Positions 49,501 to 63,286 of a stretch of DNA of 64,000 nt are shown one piece after another (the stretch's first letter is position 1; every line of letters starts with the position of its first letter). Origin of the DNA: Amphiscolops sp. MND2022 (taxonomy: Eukaryota); contig OZ076413.1 in assembly GCA_964187785.1 (NCBI GenBank), positions 46,130,001 through 46,194,000 of the forward strand, in the 5' to 3' direction. Made by a program: the position numbers and the translations under genes. The notes under the pieces were generated by a model. The model ran no database searches and was not told the origin of the DNA. It worked only from the letters and a program-made list of their open reading frames with translations.

Positions 49501-50857
49501 TCCGCATAGTGACGTATAGTAGTAACACCTTGTTCCGCAAAGTGACGTATAGTAGGCACACCTTGTTCCGCATAGTGACGTACAGTAGGCACTTCTTGTT
49601 CCGCATAGTGACGCATAATCACCATAGCTTATTCCGCATAGTATTGTATATGCACTACAGCATGTTCCGCATAGTGAACTGTTTATTGCGTGTTGAAAAT
49701 ACTGATCTTTAATTGGACTGTTTTGCACTTGTTGTATAGCACAAATAATACTCCGGATTGTTTTTTCATTCATGTAATTTCAAACCGATGTTGATTGTGT
49801 TGTATATTTGATTTGTTTGTTGTGTTTTAGATAATTCGGCCTTTTCAGAAGTCCAAAAAGTGTAGGAGGCGGGTTTCGAGCTTTTAACCAATTTGCTGTA
49901 TTCGTCTACAGCCAGCTGCAAAGTATTTTACCCGACAAAACACTTGGGAGCATATCTGACTTGGACAATTTCTTACAATTGGATCTCAATCAAACTGCTC
50001 TGACGTTCAAGACACCGGATGAGTATGTGCTGAACTAGGACTTACACAGATTAGTCGCAGCGAGTAAATTACCACGTCCAAGCAAAGGTGTGGAACAGTC
50101 TATTTGTTTGAGTAAAACGTTTTGCAAGCTACTGATGAGATATGAGAACGTTAAGTCTAAATCAATGAAGGGATTAACAGCGTGTGACCCTGCAGTTATG
50201 CTCGACGGTTCTTGAGACTAATTACACAGTTGCTATTGAGGGCCTTTCGAGTCATTTTGTTTCTGCTGGGCTGATTTCTTCCAGTGACAGAGTGAAGACT
50301 GTCAGCCAATACCGGGCGTTCGCTACCAAGTTACAATCAGAGCCTACCTTGGAGTATGATGAATGGATACATTTTATATCTTCGCATCACGAGCTACAAT
50401 GCCGGCCAGAATTGTTTCTTGTGTATAACTTTTCATGTTTGGAGTGCGTGAGAAGTTTGCAAATGTCTTACTCCACTATCCCACATGTGTCTAGCTTATA
50501 CCGGGAACCAAGATCTGTTAGTCGAGTTTTTAGTTTGTTGGGACGTGGATCTGATTTATTAGTAGACAAAAAGTTTTCAGTATGGAACTTCTTGAAGGGG
50601 AATGGACGCCGGCGTGCATCCATGTTGGGAAAATTGGAAACGGGAGATCGGAAGGCAGTTTTGCGGCATGAAAAACCTGTAGTTTCGTCGAACACTCTAA
50701 AACCTAGTGTCAGTCGTACAAGAAGCGTTAACAGCTCTCCATCCCCAGATCCCAATCTGAGTAGGGTCAGTGTCTCTGTCAGTCGTTGCACGGGGTCGTA
50801 ATGGGAGGATGATCCAAAGAAGACCAACCCCAAACCCGCAAAAGACAAAAAGCATTG
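46555..50857 (+). pseudogene. Antisense six-exon zinc-finger / hAT-like gene of D (decayed)
   Basis: Introns 46671-46943, 48237-48380, 48867-48936, 49072-49149 and 49232-49830 match those of C in position; three splice sites show G>A changes. Peptides GKRRSR, RGKRRRPKY, YSLALQQT, LEYSLEDAS and QCRPELF are conserved with C. Confidence 0.75.
49375..49680 (+). repeat. 33-bp minisatellite (CCGCATAGTGACG) in the last intron of the antisense gene of D
   Basis: caccttgttccgcatagtgacgtatagtagg units; visible as HYAEQGV repeats in the ORF track. Confidence 0.9.
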
Positions 50858-51064
50858 ATTGTTTGTTATGATTTGTAACTGTTTACTGTTGTATTTTCTT
50901 TTTAATCTTTTTACTTCATGTTAAATCATCCAACGTACTTATTCGGGTGATGTTGATACTTATGTCTGCAAAATGGAGAAAACAAAACCGGTGTAATGAA
51001 GTGCGTTTCGAAGATGAAAGATAAAAAGGGGAATTTCCTTGCAGTTCTTTTTATTTTCTGTATG

Positions 51065-54000
51065 TCAGAATAGATTGTGTTGGGATAAGGACGTAAGTTC
51101 TATTTTTTGACCACTGGTAATTATGGGTTCTTCTTGCAACAGGGTATTTTGAAAATTTTTTGGGGTTTTTTGGGTATCATCTTCTGATGGATTATTCGAT
51201 TCTTTTTGAGGTTTTTGGGTATTTTGATCATCTTCACTGATTTGTTGTGGAATTCCGTCTGCATGATTTTCATGGTTTTGATCTGATTCAGTGGTCTGTT
51301 CCACTGGGCTCCCCCACTGTTTTTTGAAGATCCTGGGGAGTGAGGGCGGTTATCATTGGGTATTTGAATCGGAATATGTTCAGCATCCTCAGTATTTTGT
51401 GAATATTCTGCAAGGCCATCATCAAACGGGTCAGATCCAAAATTCGTGTTCCATGATTGGGCGTATAGATCATCATTTACTATAGGCATTTGGTCATCTT
51501 TTTGCCAATCAGTTTTCAGTTTCGCGAACAAAAATGTCTGCTAAGGGTGCTTGCCGAGTGAATTTCCGTAGACGAATCCTATGTAGTAGTTGCGTTTTGT
51601 TAGTCCCAAGTCTCCGGACAATGTAATTATTGTTAGAGAGTACTTTTTTTACTTCGCATGGTCCGCACCATCTGAATTCTCGAAATGGTACTTTTATCGC
51701 TTGTGTATTATCAGCCTTTCGGTTAAGAATGTAGCAGTAATCCGTCGTTTCAAGCGGAGCTGCTTTCGCTTTGAGGTCATAGTAAGCTTTGTATTTAGGG
51801 TAGGATTACATGATGTTTTCTTAGTTTGGTCTAGAAAGATTTTCATGCATTTTTGAATTTCTTCCGCTACATCTGCTTGCGGTTGGTATCGTGGGTTAGG
51901 GTTTATTCGAGTTTGTAGTCTAGGACATTGTGTGGTATTCTACCATGGAAGACTCGTGAAGGTTCACAACCGAGTGATGCATGGTATGTTGTGTTGTGAT
52001 TAATGACTGCCAAAGAGATGTATTTATGCCAGTTGTTCCTAAATTCGCCTTTTGCAGCTTTTAGGCGTGTTTTGACTGATGCATGAGTTCTCTCAGAAGT
52101 CCTATTGTTTTTGGGCTTGTTTTCATTTTCAAAGACATCTATTGCTGTGATTATATGGTCATAGCATCCATTAAGGGGAAGTTTTGGTAAAATATCCATT
52201 TGCAAAATGTCTTTCGGTCCAAGATCCCATTCCGGACAATTAAGGAGTTCTGTCCGGAGGAGATCATTGTTTATGCATTTGGTTTGGATGCAAATTTGGC
52301 AAATACCCATTTTTTATGTGTTTTGCCCTACTGGGTAGTAGTATTTTTGTCTTGCTTCTTGAATCATTTTCGTGATTCCTGGATGGTTTGAATTATAGCC
52401 GTGCAGGGCTTGAAGAAACTCATCGAGGAGTTGGATTGGTAAGAGGATTTGGTAGTGAGATATGGTTCCAGTGTCCGAGTAAAACTTCCTTGTAAGAACC
52501 TTTTGTTTAATCTCTATTCTTGTTTCGTTTTGTAAGTAGTGCCGGTATCGGTAATCTGATGCCAGTTCATTTTCCTCGAAAGAGTCGCCTTCAATTTTGG
52601 CTCTCAGGTTTCTGAGGACTATGTCATTCTTCTGTTCAAGACGAATTCTTGCATTGTCTCTGAAGTATCCTGTTGATACTGAGATCAACCACGATGCGAG
52701 TTTGTGAAATTGTTGTAGTTCGGAGACGGAATTTTCTGGGTCGTCGTGGGTTTCGGTTTGGGCTTGATTTCTTACGTTTTGTTTTTCTTCCCAAAGTTGA
52801 TTTTCGTCAATTCTTCGTCAGGGAGAATATAGATTCGTTCTTCTTCGACAATGCCAGATGATTGGATGTTCACTTCGATTGCTTTGGTGTGAATATCGTT
52901 GCGAATGGTCATTTCAAGTTTTTCTGTTTGGTCTAACTCTGTTCTGGACAAGAAATCTGCTGCTGTGTTCATAGAACCGGGAACATGGGCGAGTACAAAA
53001 ATGTATTGTAATACATAATCGCAAGCATTCCCGAGTGCTGGAGGAATCGTTTTTGTTTGGAAGAATCGGGTTACTGATCGATTGTCAGTGGACACTATAA
53101 CTGGGAAGGTTTCTAAATTTAACAAATGCAAAGTTTTTGGAAAGGAATTCTTTCGCATAGATTGACATTTTCGTCTGTGTTGGGTTGAAGGTTTTGGAGC
53201 CAAACGCTATGGTCGCATATGTTTTGCGTTTGGATTGTAGTTTTTGGTTTTGGTCATCTTCTATCAAAATTGCGTCTCCAGCAGCTGTAAAACTTGTCAC
53301 ATGACTATGAGTTGCTTGTTTTTTAGTGGTTGTTTTAGGGCTATTTGACAAGAATTTTTGATGATGTTGTTCAGGTTTGTGAAATTTTTCACCAAATTTG
53401 TTGGTACGTAAAATTTGGAAGTTTCTTCGAGGAGTTTGAAAAACGGAGTTAGCCGTTCTGAAAGGCGCGGAATGTAGTTTCGATAAAAGTTTTCAAAACC
53501 AATGTACCTCTGTAACGCCATTTTGATTTGGGAAAACGAAGTTTTGAGAGGAAGACTTTCACTTTGTCCGCTTGAGGGGCAACTCCATTTGGTGTGATTA
53601 TTTGTCCCAGAAAGTCGAGTTGTTCAACTCCGAAATGGCACTTTGACATGGAGAGTTTCAATCCCGCTTTGCGTATGCATTCGAGGACGGTTCTGATATT
53701 TGTGCACAATTGTTTTGCGTCATTTTCCGCTAAGTCTATATCATCGACATATTGGGCACATTCGTCTGCTTCAAGTGCCTTATCCAGGTACTCTCTCATG
53801 AAACTTGAGAATGCAGAAAATGATCTGCTGAGACCTTGGGCAAGGTGACGATATGCAAATGTTCTGCTTGCAAAATTAAAGGCAAGCATTTGAATGGATT
53901 GATAATCTGCCATTGGAAGGCAGTGGTAGGCCTGGGAGCAATCCAATTTGCAGAAAAGTTTTTTTTCCTGCCATGTGTTGGGCTGCATCCGATAAGGTGC

Positions 54001-55709
54001 TTACACATAATCTTTAGTGATAAGGTTGATAATTTTCTGGAGATCAACTGGAAGCCTGAGGCGCCCATTGGGTTTGCGTTGTGCAAAAATTGGGCTGGCG
54101 TATATGGAAAAAGTTAGAATTGTAATGATACCATACTTGTGTAAAAGTGCAAGTTCTACCGTGATATCATCTTTGAGGTTGATCGGGGTTGGCAGACTTT
54201 GGCTGTAGGTGGGTCTGTCATCATTGGGTGTGAGTTTTACTTCGAATTCAGGATTTATGCCGATATCAAATCGATGTCTAGCGAAAATATCGTGAAACTC
54301 AATGAGGATCTGTTCAATTTCTTGTCGTTCAACTGGGCTGAGTGTTGTATCAGACCAGTCGAAATGTGATAAAAATTCTTTTCTCGAAGTTTCATTATCA
54401 TGGGGGTTTAGTTTTCAAGTTCTTTGAGTTCGAAAAGTTCTTTGTATACGTTGCTGAATCGGAGTGTAAGTTGTTGGCTCACCTGGTTCGTCAGGGGTAA
54501 GGAACTAGTATGTTCCTGCTCTGAATTTTGTTGTGGAACTTCTAGAGGTTCATTTGTGTGGTTTTCCGTTGTTTCTTCATGTTGTATCATGGAGGATAAT
54601 AGCGCTGGATGTACTGGTTGAACTTGTTTGATTTGTTTTGGTATGAGAATCTTGAAATCCGCTAAATGGGTGTCATGTGTTATTGTGTATGGTAGTTCTG
54701 AAAAGTTGATGATCTGGTATCTGATTGCATTATTGTTAACAGTGCTTAGTGATGCAGTTATAAAAATGCTATCGTGGTTTTTAAATTGTTGAGACGGGGT
54801 GACTATTCCAGTTGCGTCGTGGTCCATCAAATGTGTCATTTTACTTGAAATGGCGAGTGTTTCACCCGGACGTAAAGTGAAGGTATTTTCTGCAAACAAT
54901 GGTGTTGCTGATCGTATTGACGTTTGCGTGTCGAGTTTGAATTGCATAGAAAGATAGGTAAACTTTAAAATTCCTTGGGTGACATCAAAAATTGCCTTAT
55001 TCCTTGGTAGGAAACACAATCCGATAAGTGGATTCGGTAGGTTTTTCATGATGATGAAATTTTCTTTCAATACGAATCAGCCACTTCGAATTCAAGTAAT
55101 AAGGTACCGATTGGGACGTCTAGTTGTCCATTGGCCACCACAATTTGGAAGTTTGGTGGATGACCAGTTTCTTTAATGGCTTCGTTTGCTAACAGCTTGA
55201 TTTTATCGATGTCTTGTTCGGAGATTGCACATGTAAGCGCTCCTGTATCGATAAGACCATCAAGTGTGAGTTTTTCGAATTCTATCGGTATGTAGTATAT
55301 GTGGCGTTTCCTCTTCAATGTTGTTGAGGTTGAGAATGGGAGATATGACAAGTTTCGTTGCTTGTCATATTGTATGTATTCAGTGAGATCTTCATCTAAA
55401 ATGGTTGTTTTTCATCATTGCAAGAAGTTTTTATTGTGACGAATTTTTGAAGTGTGGTGAATTTCTGAAGTTGAGTCGATTCTGGGATGGGTTGATTCTT
55501 GTGGAAAGTAGTTGTCTGGTGCGTCATGTAAGAGTTCATATAAGTCTTCGGATTGGGTTTCCAGTGTTAACTGTTGAGGGTTTTCTTTTGTTAAGTCAGT
55601 TTCACAGACGATGTTTTTTGGGTTTTGTGCTAAACTGATGCTGCCAGTCATCAGCTGGGTTTGGGTTTTGTGGTGATTTTGTGTGAAGGCGTGGCGTTTC
55701 TAGTTTAAA
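51065..55709 (-). pseudogene. pol: Pol of D (heavily fragmented)
   Basis: Many short minus-strand ORFs collinear with C Pol (LIDTGA, QYVDD, ADFLSR, HASLGCEP). Confidence 0.92.
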
Positions 55710-56791
55710 TCTTTTGACGAGGACTGTTGATGGCGTTCCATTTTTGGTCTGATTCTTTTTTTAGCTTGGTTGTACAGTTTGATAACTTTCTTTTGTGCTT
55801 CTGTCAAACTCCATTTTGGTGGTTGATTATCCATATTGGCACCAAAATAGCAATCTTCTTCATCATGACCCGGGGTTTTGCAGTTGGGGCATTTGGGCGC
55901 ATCGGGAACTTCTTCGAGTTTGCGCCGTTTTGCTAATTTGGGGCTGTCAGTCATCATATGGCTGGCATCCTTGCAAGAACGGCATTGATCATTTCTTAGC
56001 GTTTTATCAGGTACTGTTTTTGGAGTTTGTTTTTTGGCTTTGTCACTTTGTTTTTTGTTGGGTTTTTCAGTGTTTTTTGGTAACGGTGATTTGGGTTTTG
56101 ACGAGGTGTTCGTCTGCCTCTAGACCGTTAAGTTCCATCTCTGTTCCAAGATGTTTGACTATTTGATCGTATGTGCCATTTTTGAGGTAGGCTTGATTTA
56201 TTGACTTCTCAAGGTGGGGAGGAATTTTTGCATATAGCAAATTCTTTATGATTTGGTGGGCGTTATCCCCAAATGCCTTTTCAGCACTCTCTTGGAGTTC
56301 TTCTAGAAAATCTTGGAGTTTCTGATTTTCCGGGTCAAATGAGAGTCTGTGGAATCTGTACTTCGCTGATGCACTGGATTCCGGTTTCACATATTTTTGT
56401 CTAAAGACTTTGAGTATGTCTTCTAAAGTCGTGTTTGGGGTTCGTTGTATGTTCTTGAATGTTTTGAGTGCTAAACCTCTGAGATGGGCGTGAAAATGGT
56501 TTATTTTCATGTCCTCTGTTAGGTTTGGTTGCATTCGAAGGATCGTGTGAAATAAGTCTTCAAAGTATTCAAATTTTTGATTTTTCTCGTTTCTCCCGTT
56601 AAATGTTAAGGTATTTTTTGGGTGAAAAAGTGATTGTGAGGAATTCTTGATCGCCAGTTTTTCTATTGCTAAGGCAATTTGATTAACTGGGTCGAGTGGT
56701 TTTGCTGTCAAGTTTGACAAGTTGTGGTGTGCGTGGGATCCTACTGTGTCATTTAGTTTTCGAGAGCTTTGTCTATGGAGTTGTCGGTTGG

Positions 56792-56803
56792 CTCCTGTCA
56801 CCA
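56792..56803 (-). promoter_or_regulatory. PBS of D
   Basis: GATTATCACA|TGGTGACAGGAG. Confidence 0.9.
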
Positions 56804-57045
56804 TGTGATAATCTTTTTCATCGGATTCTTCGTTTGAGAGTAAATTTACGTATACGTCCGATTCATTTTGGAATAATGGTTTGGCAGGATGTTTCAAGTC
56901 TCTCATTTTTGAGGCTCTAAGAGGGTAGTCGTCATTTTCAGAGTCTGAGTTTTCGTTGTTAGATGCGTGAACTCCTACAAACTTATTTGTTTTGGATACC
57001 GACGACTGTGGATTTTGAATTTCCCTGATTTCTGACATTGGATTT

Positions 57046-60000
57046 TTGGGGCACGAGCGGAGCGAGATTGCCCATATGGTGACGTTTTTTTGGGGCACGA
57101 GCGGAGCGAGATTGTCCATATGGTGACGTTTTTTTTTTCGCAGATTTCGTGACATGTGCCAATTTTTCAAACTTGTGAGGCAAATTTCTTAAAACCCATA
57201 ACAGATACGGACACCATGTTTCCGCTAAAATTTGCGCAGGTTCCTGGGCTACATTTTCGCCGAAAAAAATTTTCGAAAAAAAATCGGCTTCATGGTTTTT
57301 TTTAAAAAGAAGTTTTGAAAAACGCTATTTTTGACTCTTTTTTATGTTTGATCCCCCATTTCTCAGAACCAGGACCAAATACAGGGTCCATGGTTCCGTG
57401 TTATTTACAAGCGTTTCATAGGCTGCATTTTCGCTCAAAAATGGCGTCAAAATTTTTTTCACACTTGGTTTTTTGGGCAAAAAAAGGGATGAAAAAAAAT
57501 GTCGAAAAATTTTTTCTCATTTGTAGCTCATATTTCTCCAAACTGACGAAAGATACAGAAACCATTCCCCCTCAAGACAAACAGCAAGGATGTAAGCTAG
57601 TTGTTGTACCAACAAAAATTCCGTCATCACGTATGACGCGTTCGTTTTTCTGCTAAAAATACTTATTTTTTTGAAAAATTTTCCTAATTATTTTATACTT
57701 GAGCCCCTATATCTCAAGACCGAGAACAAATACGCAGTCCATGGTTTCATAATTTGTTCTAGGGCTCAGTAGTCTGCGTTTAAAGCAGTGAATGACGTCG
57801 AATTTTTTTCGCTCTGGTTTTTCTGGGCAAATAAAGGGATGAAGAAGAAATTTCAAAAATTTCCCATTTTTTCATAATTTGTAACTGATTTTTCTCAGAA
57901 CTGAAAAGAGATACGAAAAACCTTTATCCTAGCTAAAAGTTGCGCAGGATCCTCGGCTAAAATTGCGTCAAAACAATTTGCAAGAAAAATTCGGCTTTAT
58001 GGTTTTTTTTGAAAAGAAATTTTGAAAAAAACGCTATTTTTGACTGTTTTTCATCTTCCATCCCCTATTTCTCAGAACCGAGACCAGATACAGGGTTCAT
58101 GGTTTCGTATAATATACAAGCGTTTCATAGATTACATTTTCACCTAAAAATGGCGTCAAAAAATTTTTTCGATTTCGCTTTTTGGGCAGAAAAAGGGATT
58201 TAAAAAATTTCGAAAATTTTTTTTTCATTTGTAGCTCATATTTCTCAAAACTGACGAAAGATACAGAAGCCATTCTTCCTCAAGACAAACAGCAAGGATA
58301 TAGGTTTTTTTGTACCACCCAAGTATTCGTCATCAAGTATGACGCCTTTGGGTTTCTGCCAAAAATACATTTTTTCATTTCTCTTTTTAAAAAAATTTCC
58401 TTCATCTTTTTAGCTTTCATCAAAGTATCCTCATCTGAGATTGGATAAGTTCACAAGGTTGTGAGCCCTGGAACACAAAGAATTTGTAACACCTTCTGCA
58501 GACCATTGAACGTTTCTGCTCGTGCCCAAGCGCGACATGCCGTCGCGCCTATGTTTGGGGCACGAGCGGAGCGAGATTGCCCATATGGTGACGTTTTTTT
58601 TTTTCGCAGATTTCGTGACATGTGCCAACTTTTCAAACTTGTGCGGCAAATTTCTCAAAACCCATAACCGATACGGACACCATGTTTCCGCTAAAAGTTG
58701 CGCAGGTTCCTGGGCTACATTTTCGTCGAAAAAAAATTTCGAAAATAATTCGGCTCCATGGTTTTTTTTAAAAAGAAGTTTTAAAAAAACGCTATTTTTG
58801 ACTATTTTTTATGTTTGAACCCCTATTTCTCAGAACCAGGATCAAATACAGGGTCCATGGTTTCGTGTAATTTACAAGCGTTTCATAGGCTACATTTTCG
58901 CTCAAAATTGGCGTCAAAATTTTTTTCAGACTTGGTTTTTTGGGTAAAAAAATGGATGAAAAAAAATGTCGAAAATTTTTTTCTCATTTGTAGCTCATAT
59001 TTCTCAACACTGACGAAAGATACAGAAACCATTCTTCCTCAAGACAAATAGCAAGGATGTGGACTTTTTTGTACTAATCAAGTTTTCGTCATCAAGTATG
59101 ACGCCTTCGTTTTTCTGCTAAAAATACTTGATATTTTTGAAAAAATTTCTCAGTTTTTTTTTACTCGAGCTTGTATATCTGTATCCTGTATATCAGGACC
59201 GAGAACGAATACGGAGTCCATGGTTTCGTAATTTGTACGAGGGTTCAGTAGGCTATGTGTAAAGGTAAAAATGACGTCGACTTTTCTTCGCTCTGGTATT
59301 ATTGGGCAAATAAATGGATGAAGAAAAAATTCGAAAAATTTCCATTTTTTCCCAAATTGTAACTGATTTTTCTCAGAAGTGAAAGTAGATACGAAAACCA
59401 TTCTCCCTCACAGAGTTATGCAAAGATGTAGGCTAGTTCTTGTACTATCAAAGTTTCCGTCATCAAAAATGACGCCTACGTTTTTCTGCTAAAATTACAA
59501 TTTTCATTTTTCTCAAACTTCAATTTCTCACCTTTCTTTTTAGTTCTTTCATCTAAATTTTCTTGATCTGAGACTAGATAAGTTCACTAGGTTTTGGAAT
59601 CTGGGATATACACATTTTCTAGCACCTTCTGCAGACCATTGAACGTTTCTGCTCGTGCCCAAGCGCGACAAGCCGTCGCGCCTATGTTTTTTTTCGCAGA
59701 TTTCGTGACATGTGCCAATTTTTCAAACTTGTGAGGCAAATTTCTTAAAACCCATAACAGATACGGACACCATGTTTCCGCTAAAAGTTGCACAAGTTCC
59801 TGGGCTACATTTTCGCCGAAAAAAATTTACGAAAAAAAAATCGGCTTCATGGTTTTTTTTAAAAAGAAGTTTTGAAAAAACGCTATTTTTGACTGTTTTT
59901 TTTTGTTTGATCCCCCATTTCTCAGAACCAGGACCAAATACAGGGTCCATGGTTCCGTGTTATTTACAAGCGTTTCATAGGCTGCATTTTCGCTCAAAAA

Positions 60001-61118
60001 TGGCGTCAAAATTTTTTTCACACTTGGTTTTTTGGGCAAAAAAAGGGATGAAAAAAAATGTCGAAAAATTTTTTCTCATTTGTAGCTCATATTTCTCCAA
60101 ACTGACGAAAGATACAGAAACCATTCCCCCTCAAGACAAACAGCAAGGATGTAAGCTAATTGTTGTACCAACAAAGTTTCCTTCATCACGTATGACGCGT
60201 TCGTTTTTCTGCTAAAAATACTTATTTTTTTTGAAAAATTTTCCTAATTATTTTATACTTGAGCCCCTATATCTCAAGACCGAGAACAAATACGCAGTCC
60301 ATGGTTTCATAGTTTGTTCTAGGGCTCAGTAGTCTGCGTTTAAAGCAGTGAATGACGTCGAATTTTTTTCGCTCTGGTTTTTCTGGGCAAATAAAGGGAT
60401 GAAGAAGAAATTTCAAAAATTTCCCATTTTTTCATAATTTGGAACTGATTTTTCTCAGAACTGAAAAGAGATACGAAAAACCTTTATCCTAGCTAAAAGT
60501 TGCGCAGGATCCTCGGCTACAATTGCGTCAAAACAATTTGCAAGAAAAATTCGGCTTTATGGTTTTTTTTGAAAAGAAATTTTGAAAAAAAAACGCTATT
60601 TTTGACTGTTTTTCATCTTCCAACACCTATTTCTCAGAACCGAGACCAGATACAGGGTTCATGGTTTTGTATAATATACAAGCGTTTCATAGATTACATT
60701 TTCACTTAAAAATGGCGTCAAAAAAATTTTTCGACTTCGCTTTTTGGGCAGAAAAAGGGATTTAAAAAAATTTCGAAATTTTTTTTTCTTTTGTAGCTCA
60801 TATTTCTCAAAACTGACGAAAGATACAGAAGCCCTTCTTCCTCAAGACAAACAGCAAGGATATAGGTTTTTTTGTACCACCCAAGTATTCGTCATCAAGT
60901 ATGACGCCTTCGGGTTTCTGCCAAAAATACATTTTTTCATTTCTCTTTTTAAAAAAATTTCCTTCATCTTTTTAGCTTTCATCAAAGTATCCTCATCTGA
61001 GATTGGATAAGTTCACAAGGTTGTAAGCCCTGGAACACAAAGAATTTGTAACACCTTCTGCAGACCATTGAACGTTTCTGCTCGTGCCCAAGCGCGACAT
61101 GCCGTCGCGCCTGTGTTT
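57046..61118 (+). mobile_element. Head-to-tail trimer of Helentron-type (HINE/DINE-like) elements
   Basis: Units ~57046-58555, 58556-59688 and 59689-61118 (third lacks its head). 5' subTIR GGGCACGAGC with a GGGCA..TGCCC stem; 3' subTIR GCTCGTGCCC followed by stem-loop GCGCGAC-N5-GTCGCGC. Inserted in a T run with no clear TSD. Confidence 0.75.
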
Positions 61119-63016
61119 TACTGTTGATTTACTTTTGTAAGTTTACTTTTCAGTTAGTTGATTTTCTGTGTTGTTTTCACCTAAACCTTCTTGAAGTACG
61201 GTATTAAAATTAGTTAGAGATTCATTACCTGCATTGGGCGTTTCTACCTGAGTTATTTCTACTTCTCTATCTGGGGATGGAGTTTTCAATCTTTTAGAAC
61301 GTATCTTACGTCTATTTCCCATATTGCCTCAAGTGTAAAAAGGTTACTGGCTTTTTGGGAAGAATTTGAAAAATCTTGTTTATTCGAAAAGAACAAGATT
61401 TGAGGGTATAACAATGTTGCCAAAGGTTCACAGATGTACGGGAAAAGCAACTTCACTTGTTGAATTTTGAGATTTGAATGATCTCCCTCCTCAGTCTACT
61501 ATAAAGAGCTCCAAAAATGATACCATGACACTCCTTTTTATCAGAGTCATCGCCTGGAAAAGGCAAAAATAGAATTCCGTCAAGATAACGTCATGCTATT
61601 TATAACATCAATTCAATTACATGACATTCAAAATATAATTAAAAAATGGACTAAAGAAACCTTGGAAATTGCTTAGGATAACGTATCAAATGTATTTGGG
61701 ATGGTTTCCAATAACACTAGTTCACATATTCACATTATATAATCGGTCCTGCTGAAAACGCATAGTGACGAGTATACGTCACTATTCGTTCCGCAGGATG
61801 CCGCATAGTGTTGCCAGCAAAAGAGCACAGTGACGAGTATACGTCACACCTCGAAACGTATAATGCCGCATAGTGATAATGACAAATCCGCAGAGTGACG
61901 AGTATACGTCACTCCTCGATCCGCATGGTACCGCATAGTGGTACCATGCTAAGATACAGGTTACTTTATGGGGACAATTCCAAATGTATTAAAACTTCCT
62001 AAGTAAAGTTTTTAGGGTTCAATAGCACATCAGGGAGGGTCTCATTTAGAGCAAACATTATTTAAATATTATAATTACATGACTTCTTGAGAAAACTAAC
62101 GAAAAACAAGATGAAATGTTAGCACTTCAGTTTAAAGTTCTAGTTCACATCTTGGCTTTTAAAGTTGTTGTGGCTGTTGACTTGTTTGGCTTTGATCACT
62201 GATGCGCCAAGGCTCCAACGCAACTCCTGGGTTGCGACACCAACGTCTAGGTAAGTTATCAAAGCCCATGTCAAAAAAATTATTCAGCTCTGAAATATAT
62301 ATCAGGACAGATAAATCTCTTTCAATCTATAAAAAATCATAAGTTCATCATTGGTTCACTTTTCATATTTGCTTTTGCGCTGTTCGCTTTTTGTTCATCC
62401 AGTGATTTTGCAATCCTATAGGCTAAAAACGCAAATTTAGCATCGTAAAAGTTTTTGTTCGCGTGTCCATTGGAACACCGCTTTCTACTCGTGCTGTCTA
62501 GAATACAAAATGTTACTGTCTCGATGAAAAATTGAGAAGTTTTGAAATGTGTGCCAAAAAGTGTTCTTGTGATTTATCAGGTAAAGGGATTCTCTTGACA
62601 AATCTTACGTTCAGGAAAAATTGTCCGGCCATTGCTTTATAGTAACATCAGTCTGTGACAACTGTAAAACAATTTCCAATGCAGGAAAGTTCATTTTTTC
62701 TTACAGAATCGAAAGAACCTAAACCCTTGGAGTTTCTACTTTTGAGGATGTGGAACTTTACTACTATGTTGTAAAGACAGCTTTTATCGCAACAAAAATT
62801 CAGAAAAAGCATGATTCTGAAATCTTAGGAGCAAAGGTTTTTAAGATTTTGATCTAATCACTACGCTTTCAAAGTTCAAAGATATTATTTCGTCATTTTG
62901 AAAATTCGCACTGTCGGAACCAAGTGATTCAACACAAGTTGTACTTTTTTGTAATTTTTCAGTGTTTGCCGACTGAAAGTTACTTATTTCAGTTTGGAAG
63001 TTAGCACTCTGTGACG

Positions 63017-63286
63017 TCATTGGAACCACTTGGAGTTGAACCCATCTTCATCACGTGACCTAGTAGGGTACTTATGATGCACCCTGAAGTAGGCGTCATC
63101 CAGAACTCTCTCGACCCCATCCAAATCAGCCAGGTTGTTGCGGAATCCTTCATGTTTCTTCATGTCGACAAACAACTTGCAATATTCATCCACTCTTCGC
63201 TGAAGTTCCGGTCGCTTTGCCTTTTCCATCTGGATAAGTTTTTCCTGGAATTGTTTCAACTGTTCTTCCTGTGTTTGTTTCGACAT
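63017..63286 (-). CDS. Small hypothetical protein (89 aa, helical/charged)
   Basis: ATG-initiated ORF with protein-like composition; TATAAAA on the minus strand ~180 nt upstream. No family recognised. Confidence 0.35.
   Translation of the reverse strand: MSKQTQEEQLKQFQEKLIQMEKAKRPELQRRVDEYCKLFVDMKKHEGFRNNLADLDGVERVLDDAYFRVHHKYPTRSRDEDGFNSKWFQ

Larger units (their letters stand above)
55700..61322 (-). pseudogene. gag: Gag of D, split by the HINE array inside its LTR-encoded part
   Basis: ATG at 61322 (MGNR..); resumes at ~57045 through EKDYHMVTGANR to SSKDLN*. Confidence 0.85.
43792..62239 (-). mobile_element. Ty3/Gypsy LTR retrotransposon D (older relative of C) with a nested HINE array
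   Basis: TSD CCAAC at 43787-43791 and 62240-62244; LTRs 43792-44936 and 56804-62239 (interrupted); PBS 56792-56803. Confidence 0.92.

Noticed and set aside
49302..49773. ORFs with HYAEQGV / YTSLCGTR repeats as repeat proteins, or the array as CRISPR
   Set aside because: They are translations of a 33-bp intronic minisatellite; there are no unique spacers and the context is eukaryotic.
57315..61010. Phe/Lys-rich ORFs in the 4-kb repeat
   Set aside because: By-products of A/T runs in non-coding HINE units.
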